Source: Candidatus Peribacteraceae bacterium | GTDB lineage: Bacteria > Patescibacteriota > Gracilibacteria > Peribacterales > Peribacteraceae | Assembly (NCBI GenBank): GCA_028707875.1 | Contig: JAQWAC010000001.1 | Span: 13,829-77,828, forward strand | DNA: 64,000 nucleotides | Reading direction: 5' to 3' | In this document: piece after piece, positions 56,818-64,000 of the stretch | Layout: each line of letters opens with the position of its first letter | Position numbering within the stretch: the first letter of the stretch is position 1 | Program-made: the position numbers and the translations under genes | Notes under the pieces: model-generated | The model's input: the letters and a program-made list of their open reading frames with translations, nothing else | Databases searched by the model: none | Told to the model about the DNA's origin: nothing

Positions 56818-59800
56818 ATGTCAAAGAAGATCCAAAAGGCAGGCTCCGAATCCCCAAAAACGTTCGAAGAGCGTTATGCGATTCTGAATGACGGTCAGAA
56901 GCGTGCCGTGGATACGATTGAGGGGCCTGTGATGGTGGTGGCGGGGCCGGGGACGGGCAAGACGGAGGTGGTTGCCTTGCGTGTTGCCAACATCCTCCGG
57001 AAGACCCATGCACGCCCCTCCAATATCCTCTGCCTCACCTTCTCCGTGAGCGGGGCCACCGCCATGCGGGAACGTCTCCGGAATCTCATCGGTCCGGATG
57101 CCTATGGAGTGACCGTACGCAACTTTCATGGGTTCTGCAGTGATCTCATTGCGGAAAATCCGCTCGTATTCGATACGTGGTCCGCACTGGAGCCGATCAG
57201 CGATATTGAGCGTTACAGATGTGTGAACAAAATAATTGATCAGATGATGCCGGATTGCATACTCGTTAATCGCAAACAGCCCTATATGAAGACAAAAGAA
57301 CTGATTGGCAGGATATCGGAACTGAAGCGGGAGGGAGTGACTGATCGGGGGCAGTTACTGAAGATTTCTGATCAATATGAGCAGATGATGGCTGGAAAAA
57401 GTAAGGAGGGAACCAAGATTCATGAGAAGAATCTGCTTGCTGCACGCAAATTTAAACAGCTTCTGGAGCTCTTCTTCCGTTATCAGCAGATGCTCACGGA
57501 ATCCAAGCGCTATGATTATGAGGATATGATCTTGTATGCGGTGCGGGCGCTGGAGGAAGAAGATTGGCTTCTGTCAGGGCTCCAAGAGAAATACCAATAC
57601 ATTCTTGTCGATGAATTTCAGGATACGAACGGCGCCCAGTACCGGCTGGTGGAGCTTCTATCACAACCGCGTACGCCCGAGGACAACCCCAATCTCTTCG
57701 TGGTCGGCGATGACGATCAGGCAATCTATCGTTTTCAGGGTGCCAACCTCGCGAATATCCTACAGTTCCATGCACGTTTCCCCAAAGCACCGGTCATTCC
57801 TCTCACGGTGAGTTACCGATGCACACAGCCGATTCTTGATGCGGCGGAATCACTTATAAAAAACAATTCGGAGCGGCTTGTCGGACGCATAGAAGGGCTT
57901 GATAAGCATATGGTATCGGGCGCAAAAATGAAGAATGGACCCGAACCGTTCCTTCTCTTCTCCCCCGGCGACTCCACGGAACATTGGATGGTTGCTGATC
58001 TGGTGGAGGAGCGGATGAAGGAGGTTCCTCCGGAGGAAATTGCCATTCTGTGCCAGACCAATGCGGAGGTGCTCGGACTTCACGAAGTGCTGACGGCACG
58101 CGGCATTCCGGTGGAAGTGAGGGGAAAGGCCGATCTTCTTGCGCATCCATTCGTGAAGCAGGCCATTGCCATCCTGAGAGGAGTTGAGCATCCGCAATCG
58201 GACGGAGCCCTTGCGGGAGCCATTGCCTGTTCCTGTTTCGGATGTCATCCCGCCGATCTCGGACGTCTCTATGCACGCATACGGGAGGAGAAAAGTGGAC
58301 TCATGGATATTCTTCTTTCCCTCGATGATCCCGCTGTTCAGGACAAGCTCCCTTATCTTGTTGGCAGAGACGCACTGTCCAAGGCCCGTGACGTAGTTCT
58401 TGATCTTCATCAGAAGCTCCCGAGTCGGACCGTCGTGGAAACGTTGGAGCACCTCATCAAGGATTCCGGTTTGCTTACGTTGGCCAGAGGAGGCAAGGAC
58501 GGGAAGAGTTTTGACGCCCGGAGCTTTGCCTCTCTGCAGGAATTCTTTGACCGTCTGAAGAACCGCGCCTACGAGCAGCAGAACTTCTCGTTCGAAGGAT
58601 TTCTGGATGATCTGAGTCTGTATGAGGACGCAAATTATTCCGATATCCGGCTGAGCTACAGTCTTCCGCATCTGACGGAGAAAGGAGTTGCGCTCATGAC
58701 GGCGCATCAGAGCAAAGGAATGGAATTCGACGTGGTGATCCTCCCGAATTTCCGCGAGGGGCATTGGGACAAAAGAAGGAATCCTTCGTCGCTCTCCATG
58801 CCGGAAGATCTGCTCTTCGGGTGGGAGAAGGAGCAGAAATCCTACGAGAGGAATCAGGATGAGCGTCGACTGGCTTACGTCGCTATGACAAGGGCTCGCC
58901 GCGAATTGATCTTCACCTGTCCGAAGGAGCTGACAACCGGAGATAAGGCCCGTTCCGTTTCGCCGTCGGGCTTCTTTGCAGAAGCCGGAAAGTTACCGGA
59001 GCAAGTTCGTGACCTGAAGGATCCCGAACAGGCTATGCTTCTCCTTCATACGCCCTCCCCTGATTTTGATGAAGAAATGAAGGCCTTTCTGAAGGAGCGG
59101 CTAGAGAATTATTCGTTGTCCGTGACCGCATTGAATCACTTTCTTGAAGATCCGAAGCTGTTCCTTGAGCTTGATCTCCTGCAGACACCCCAGACGAAGG
59201 AATCCAGTCTGGTGTACGGAAATGCCGTTCACGATGCATTGCGGAAGTGGGGCCTCTCGGTCATGGAGGGGGAGCCCATGGATGAGGCGGCATTCCTGCA
59301 TGCTTTCCGGAAGTATCTTGACGAACGCGAAATTCTCACGGAGCCCCAACGTAAGCGCTTAGCGAAGGTTGGAGAGGAGGCGTTGCCCCGATACTTCGAT
59401 CAGAGATTCTCCGGCAAGATTCCCTTTGTTCATAAAGTGGAATACTCCGTTTCCACCCATCTGGATGACGTGCCCCTCAAAGGCAAGATCGATCGTATCG
59501 ACCTGATCCAGCCGGATGCATCGGATGTCGTGATCATCGATTACAAGACCGGACGGCCGAAGTCGGAGAATGAAATCCGTACGGACGGCGATTATTTCCG
59601 CCAGCTCGTCTTCTACGCGTTGCTCCTTGAGGAGAGAGGCGCGCTTCTGACTCCGCGGGAATTTGTTCTGGATTTCATAGGGGAGGGGAGTGAGCACCCC
59701 GTTCAGAGATCGTTTGTCATTTCGGAGGCGGAGATCGGTGCATTGAAGAAGATTGTGAAGGCGGTGTGGGCGAAGGTTCTGGCTCTTGATTTTTCACCAC

Positions 59801-59832
59801 TGGAACAATCTATCCCCCCCAATAATCGTTGA
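56818..59832 (+). CDS. UvrD/PcrA-family helicase fused to a C-terminal PD-(D/E)XK nuclease domain
   Basis: AGPGTGKTEV, DEFQDTN, VGDDDQAIYRFQGA, TAHQSKGMEFD. C-terminal GKIDRIDL...VVIIDYKTG...QLVFYALLL. Confidence 0.9.
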   Translation: MSKKIQKAGSESPKTFEERYAILNDGQKRAVDTIEGPVMVVAGPGTGKTEVVALRVANILRKTHARPSNILCLTFSVSGATAMRERLRNLIGPDAYGVTVRNFHGFCSDLIAENPLVFDTWSALEPISDIERYRCVNKIIDQMMPDCILVNRKQPYMKTKELIGRISELKREGVTDRGQLLKISDQYEQMMAGKSKEGTKIHEKNLLAARKFKQLLELFFRYQQMLTESKRYDYEDMILYAVRALEEEDWLLSGLQEKYQYILVDEFQDTNGAQYRLVELLSQPRTPEDNPNLFVVGDDDQAIYRFQGANLANILQFHARFPKAPVIPLTVSYRCTQPILDAAESLIKNNSERLVGRIEGLDKHMVSGAKMKNGPEPFLLFSPGDSTEHWMVADLVEERMKEVPPEEIAILCQTNAEVLGLHEVLTARGIPVEVRGKADLLAHPFVKQAIAILRGVEHPQSDGALAGAIACSCFGCHPADLGRLYARIREEKSGLMDILLSLDDPAVQDKLPYLVGRDALSKARDVVLDLHQKLPSRTVVETLEHLIKDSGLLTLARGGKDGKSFDARSFASLQEFFDRLKNRAYEQQNFSFEGFLDDLSLYEDANYSDIRLSYSLPHLTEKGVALMTAHQSKGMEFDVVILPNFREGHWDKRRNPSSLSMPEDLLFGWEKEQKSYERNQDERRLAYVAMTRARRELIFTCPKELTTGDKARSVSPSGFFAEAGKLPEQVRDLKDPEQAMLLLHTPSPDFDEEMKAFLKERLENYSLSVTALNHFLEDPKLFLELDLLQTPQTKESSLVYGNAVHDALRKWGLSVMEGEPMDEAAFLHAFRKYLDEREILTEPQRKRLAKVGEEALPRYFDQRFSGKIPFVHKVEYSVSTHLDDVPLKGKIDRIDLIQPDASDVVIIDYKTGRPKSENEIRTDGDYFRQLVFYALLLEERGALLTPREFVLDFIGEGSEHPVQRSFVISEAEIGALKKIVKAVWAKVLALDFSPLEQSIPPNNR

Positions 59833-60235
59833 GCATCTCAGGATCAGATTTTACTTTTGTTCCTGCGATGTTCGTGCCGTTCCCGTTCAGTTGTGCGGCA
59901 ATGAGTGAGACGAATCTCTCCAGTAGAACTTCGGGGACGGAACCGAAGCTTCCCGAAAAATCGCCGAGCGTTAGACGATTGTCCGGATCCAGATAGAGAA
60001 AACCTCCGCCCCGAATATCCTCTCTCTTCAATTCTAATGCACATACAACACTGTTGTGACTGCGCTGATCTCCGACGAATATGGACGCGATGTGACCGCG
60101 CACTTCGATGACAAAGAGGTGGTACGGTCCGTTGGCCGTTTCCCTGTTCATTTTGTCGGTGTCGTCATAGGGGAGAAATTGGGGGTTGATCCCGAGCTTG
60201 CCGATGCGGCATTCCATGGATTCGGCTTTGGACAC
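59810..60235 (-). CDS. hypothetical protein
   Basis: 141-aa ORF. Its 3' end overlaps the helicase 3' end by 23 nt. No family recognised. Confidence 0.45.
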   Translation of the reverse strand: MSKAESMECRIGKLGINPQFLPYDDTDKMNRETANGPYHLFVIEVRGHIASIFVGDQRSHNSVVCALELKREDIRGGGFLYLDPDNRLTLGDFSGSFGSVPEVLLERFVSLIAAQLNGNGTNIAGTKVKSDPEMLNDYWGG

Positions 60236-60304
60236 GGGAACATCGTAGGAGATCCTTTTTCCGGTACAAGGGAATGAGACGCGGATTCTCCGCTACGACG
60301 CTAA

Positions 60305-60901
60305 TCAGTCGATCTTGTCCGAAAGGAATTTTGCGAACTTCTGCGAAGCTTTTCCCCTGTGACTTGTACTATTTTTTTGATCAATAGTTAAGGCTGAGAA
60401 TACGGCTGAATGGCCATCGGGCCTGAAGCAGGCGGAGATCGGAAGGCCCGGCAGATAGTCCGCCTCCAGCGTCGGTGTGATGATTCCTTCGCAGCGGCCT
60501 TCAAACGTGTAGGTGACACCGAGGGAATCGACGTAGGCGAGGACGCAGACGAACCGTGCGCGCTTGTTCTTTTCCTTCCGCATGCGTTCGAGGAAGTGCT
60601 CAATCCATTCTTCGTCGCTCGCAGCCGGTCCCGCTCCCCAGCGGCGCGTGTGGAGTCCCAGCTCGTCCGCAATCGCCTCCACGATGATGCCGGAATCATC
60701 GGCGACCGTGGGAAGTTTGGACTTCTCGTAGTAGAACAACGCCTTCTCAATGGCATTCTCCTCGAAGGTCGAACCGGTTTCCTTGGGGGCAGCCAGGATC
60801 GACAAATGCTTGGGTGTAATAATATTCACGGGGAGATCACGCAGAACTTCGGAGATCTCGATGATCTTGCCTTCGTTATTGCTTCCGAGGAGGAGTTCCA
60901 T
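60305..60901 (-). CDS. rdgB: non-canonical purine NTP pyrophosphatase (RdgB/HAM1 family)
   Basis: LLGSNNEGKIIEI, TFEENAIEKA, DDSGI, FRPDG...SHRGKA. Confidence 0.88.
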   Translation of the reverse strand: MELLLGSNNEGKIIEISEVLRDLPVNIITPKHLSILAAPKETGSTFEENAIEKALFYYEKSKLPTVADDSGIIVEAIADELGLHTRRWGAGPAASDEEWIEHFLERMRKEKNKRARFVCVLAYVDSLGVTYTFEGRCEGIITPTLEADYLPGLPISACFRPDGHSAVFSALTIDQKNSTSHRGKASQKFAKFLSDKID

Positions 60902-60907
60902 TTGCGG

Positions 60908-63166
60908 TTACGGAGTAGCCATCTTCTCGATATAGACCTTCCGCGCCTTGGCCCCCTCCGTCGGCCCGATGAGACCCTTCTGTTCCATGATGTCGAGGAG
61001 TTTTGCGGCACGCGCGTACCCCACGCTCATGCGGCGCTGGAGCAGGCTCGCGGAGGCCTTGCCCGTCTCCTGCACCACGCGCACGGCTTCGAAGAAGAGA
61101 TCATCGCCGCCGTTGTCATCCGCTTCCAGATCGATCTGCGCGTACGGTTTGGAAAGGCTCTGCTCACCTTCTTCTTCGCCCGCGTTCTCTTCATCGGAGC
61201 TCAGGGCGATCTGTTCCGTCATCTTGCCGCCGCCGGCGATCTTCACGGCGTTGATGACACGTTCCACTTCCTTGGTGGAGACAAAGATGCCCTGAATGCG
61301 CACGGGATTGGGAGTGGATGCCGTCAAGTAGAGCATGTCCCCCTTACCGAGGAGGTCTTCCGCTCCGATGCCGTCGAGAATGGTGCGTGAGTCGACGGAG
61401 CTCACCGTACGGAACGCGATGCGTGTGGGGATGTTCGCTTTGATCAGTCCCGTGATGACATCCACGCTGGGGCGCTGGGTGGCGATGACGAGGTGCATCC
61501 CGACGGCACGGGCCATCTGGGCGATACGGGCGATCATCGTTTCCGTATCACGCCGGTACTGGCGCATCATGAGGTCTGCAAGCTCGTCCACCACCACGAC
61601 GATGCGCGGGAGCATATCCACCTCCTCCGTCTGCTTGGCGTTGAATTCATCGAGGTTGCGGGCGCCTGCATCCGAGAAGCGGTGGAGGCGTCGTCCCATC
61701 TCCGCCACGGCCCACCGGAGGGCCTGCAGCGCCTTCTCCGATTCGCTGATGACAGGAGTGAGAAGATGAGGAATCCCGTCATAGGGAGTCAATTCCACGC
61801 GCTTGGGGTCGATGAGGATCAGTTTGAGTTCGTTCGGGGCGTTCTGGTAGAGGAGAGACGCGAGGAGCGTGTTCATACAGACGGACTTTCCCGAACCCGT
61901 GGCGCCAGCGATGAGGAGATGCGGCATGTCTTCCAGACACGCGACGACGGCCGCTCCGCCCACGTCGCGCCCGAGCGGGAAGGTGAGCTGGGAGGTGCTC
62001 TGCGTGAACTCGGGGCTCTCCAGAATCTCGCGCATGTGCACGATGGTGCGCACCGAATTCGGCATCTCGATGCCGACGAGGGACTTGCCCGGAATGGGGG
62101 CCTGAATGCGCAGGCTGTGGGCCGAGAGGGCCAGAGCCAGGTCGTCCTTGAGGGATTCGATTTTGCTGAGGCGCACGCCCTCCGCGGGCTTCAGCGTGAA
62201 TTGCGTGACGGTTGGTCCGGGGTGCGCGTCGCGCATCGTCACGTCGATCTCGAATTCCTTCAGCTTCTCCTCGATCTGCTTGGCCTGCATCTTCAATTCC
62301 TCATCGTCGATGGCAAGTTCGCTCTGCGTGCCATCCAGAAGATCGAGCGAGGGGAATGTCCACTCTTCAAAGCGCTTATCCGTCATTTCCAGAAGATCTT
62401 TGATCTTGTTCTTCACGATCTTGCCCGTCTTCTCCGAGGCGATCTTCTTGGCCATCGCTTTCTTGTCCTTCTCCCGTGCGAAAGCCGGTCGCACGATATT
62501 GAGTTCCGGCGCCTCGCGATCTTCTTCCACAAGGTCTTCCATCGGTTCTTCCTCCTCCTCAGTTTTCTCCGCAATCGTTTGACGTTCCATTCTCGGAGTG
62601 CGGATTCGTTCGGGTTGCTTTCGCATCCGTTCGCGGATTGCCTGAGCAATGGCACCCAGATTCGGCTCAAAGGCGACCACAAAGCCGATCAGGAAGAGCG
62701 CCGAGAGGACGGTGTAGCCGACCGGACGGGAGAAGAAGAGCAGGAACGGCACGCTTGCGAGGAAACCGATGGCGCCTGCGAGTTCATCCCGTCGCATGCC
62801 TATCTCCTCGATGGGTGCGCCGATGTGCATGAGTCCGAGGAACGTGACGAGGCAGAGGACGAGTCCGACATTGCGCTTCACCTTGAAGCGGTCTTCCGAC
62901 GTGAGCCAGTGGAGCGCTCCCGCGATCACGAGGACGACGGGGAAGATCATGCTCCACTTCCCGAAGAAGAACGTAAGGACGCCATTCGCCGTGCTTCCGG
63001 CTGTTCCGGCACGGTTCATGAGTGACAGGAAGAGCAGGATGCCGACAGTGATCTGAAGTGTTCCGGATATCTGCCGTTGGGCACGGGGATTGAGTTCCAG
63101 TCCGGGGGACGGGCGACGCTTGGTGCGGTGTTTCAGTTTCCTTCGGTGACGCGGCATTGATGTCAT
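60908..63166 (-). CDS. ftsK: DNA translocase FtsK
   Basis: N-terminal TM helices, GATGSGKSVCMN, VVVDELADLMM, gamma-domain wHTH (SASLLQRRMSVGYARAAKLLDIMEQKGLIG). Confidence 0.95.
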   Translation of the reverse strand: MTSMPRHRRKLKHRTKRRPSPGLELNPRAQRQISGTLQITVGILLFLSLMNRAGTAGSTANGVLTFFFGKWSMIFPVVLVIAGALHWLTSEDRFKVKRNVGLVLCLVTFLGLMHIGAPIEEIGMRRDELAGAIGFLASVPFLLFFSRPVGYTVLSALFLIGFVVAFEPNLGAIAQAIRERMRKQPERIRTPRMERQTIAEKTEEEEEPMEDLVEEDREAPELNIVRPAFAREKDKKAMAKKIASEKTGKIVKNKIKDLLEMTDKRFEEWTFPSLDLLDGTQSELAIDDEELKMQAKQIEEKLKEFEIDVTMRDAHPGPTVTQFTLKPAEGVRLSKIESLKDDLALALSAHSLRIQAPIPGKSLVGIEMPNSVRTIVHMREILESPEFTQSTSQLTFPLGRDVGGAAVVACLEDMPHLLIAGATGSGKSVCMNTLLASLLYQNAPNELKLILIDPKRVELTPYDGIPHLLTPVISESEKALQALRWAVAEMGRRLHRFSDAGARNLDEFNAKQTEEVDMLPRIVVVVDELADLMMRQYRRDTETMIARIAQMARAVGMHLVIATQRPSVDVITGLIKANIPTRIAFRTVSSVDSRTILDGIGAEDLLGKGDMLYLTASTPNPVRIQGIFVSTKEVERVINAVKIAGGGKMTEQIALSSDEENAGEEEGEQSLSKPYAQIDLEADDNGGDDLFFEAVRVVQETGKASASLLQRRMSVGYARAAKLLDIMEQKGLIGPTEGAKARKVYIEKMATP

Positions 63167-63275
63167 TGTAGCGCATGATGAGAGTGTGCAAAGGCCTCAT
63201 GTAAGGCTTGTAAAAGCAAAATGCGTGGATTCATTTTCTCTCTTGAAGATCAGAAAGAAGTTCTGAACGGTGTTT

Positions 63276-63445
63276 CCACCTTTGTCCGGCGACAAAGGTG
63301 GAGCCAAAACGCCGGCGCGCCAACCCCAACCCGCCCGGCCCTGTGTCTCCTCGTCAGCTCCTACAAGGATTCGGAGCCGACTCGTCGGCACGCCCCGCAG
63401 CCGCGGGGCAGGGCCTTCCCCTTCACCCCCCGTGGCGCGCCACCT
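63276..63445 (+). repeat. GC-rich multi-hairpin element, copy 2
   Basis: Same architecture as 43289-43470: CCACCTTTGTC-CGGC-GACAAAGGTGG; GGCGCGCC (63314-21) / GGCGCGCC (63434-41); GGCCCTG/CAGGGCC; GTCAGCTCC-TACAAGGATTC-GGAGCCGAC; CCCCGC-AGCC-GCGGGG. Confidence 0.6.
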
Positions 63446-63521
63446 CCCAATTAATCTTCCAACAGCGCCGATTTTGTAAATTCTTTTTATGTCTTTCTCA
63501 TCTTCCTGATACGATGCTGCC

Positions 63522-64000
63522 GTGAAGATTCTTCTCTTCGGCGGCCGCGGGTTCATGGGGCAGCAGTTTCTGTCCGTCTATCCCGATGCCATTGCGCCGT
63601 CGGTGGATATCGCCGATGCCCCCGCCGTGATCCGCACGCTCGATGAGGTGAAGCCGGATATCGTCATCAATGCGGCGGGCAAGACGGGCAAACCGAATGT
63701 GGACTGGTGCGAGGATCACAAAATCGAGACGATCCGCAGCAACGTGACGGGGCCGCTCGTGCTTCTGGAGGAGTGCGGCAAGCGCAATCTCTACTGGGTG
63801 CACCTGAGTTCGGGATGCGTCTACAGCGGGGATAACGGCGGCAGGGGATTCACCGAAGACGATCCCCCGAACTTCTACGGGAGTTTCTATTCGCGCACCA
63901 AGGCATGGAGCGAGGCGCTCCTGAGGGAATTTCCCGTTCTCATCCTGCGACTCCGCATGCCGTTCGACAAAGCGCCGCATGCCCGCAACCTCATCATGAA
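63522..64000 (+). CDS. NAD-dependent sugar-nucleotide reductase, dTDP-4-dehydrorhamnose reductase-like (NRS/ER type), 3' end cut by window edge
   Basis: GTG start. VKILLFGGRGFMGQQF (Rossmann), NAAGKTGKPNVDWCEDHK, SGCVY, FYSRTKAWSEALL (YxxxK). Open to the window end. Confidence 0.75.
   Translation, partial: MKILLFGGRGFMGQQFLSVYPDAIAPSVDIADAPAVIRTLDEVKPDIVINAAGKTGKPNVDWCEDHKIETIRSNVTGPLVLLEECGKRNLYWVHLSSGCVYSGDNGGRGFTEDDPPNFYGSFYSRTKAWSEALLREFPVLILRLRMPFDKAPHARNLIM

Overview
High-GC bacterial chromosomal segment, densely packed with housekeeping genes: hisA-hisF/hisIE, nrdJ, ychF, tsf, rpsB, glyQS, rpsU, gyrB, hisS, tRNA-His, der, leuS, dnaG, rpoD, ftsK. SLH-anchored envelope enzymes, VirB2-like pilins and a 23S-IVS-type four-helix-bundle gene suggest a small-genome monoderm, possibly CPR/Patescibacteria-like, but I cannot confirm taxonomy. 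Five things stand out. (1) A dispersed, non-canonical type-IV-secretion-like surface module: three tandem VirB2/TrbC-like pilins plus a PKD/proline-rich membrane protein, two peptidoglycan-lytic enzymes, two paralogous membrane-anchored VirD4/TraD-like ATPases, two small paralogous Cys-motif proteins, an SLH-sortase and a patatin. No VirB4, VirB6, VirB8 or relaxase is visible. (2) A GC-rich multi-hairpin element of about 170-180 nt, present in two full copies and one partial copy, with compensatory stem substitutions between copies. (3) A family of word-periodic imperfect hairpins in intergenic spacers. One carries the four-helix-bundle gene in its loop; another sits in frame inside an rRNA methyltransferase gene. 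(4) A duplicated gyrB 3' terminus that differs only by synonymous changes. (5) A degenerate tRNA-His twin beside a low-GC orphan region. All calls come from reading the ORF translations and the sequence by eye. No searches or folding programs were run, so repeat and hairpin coordinates are accurate to a few nt and family assignments rest on recognised motifs.
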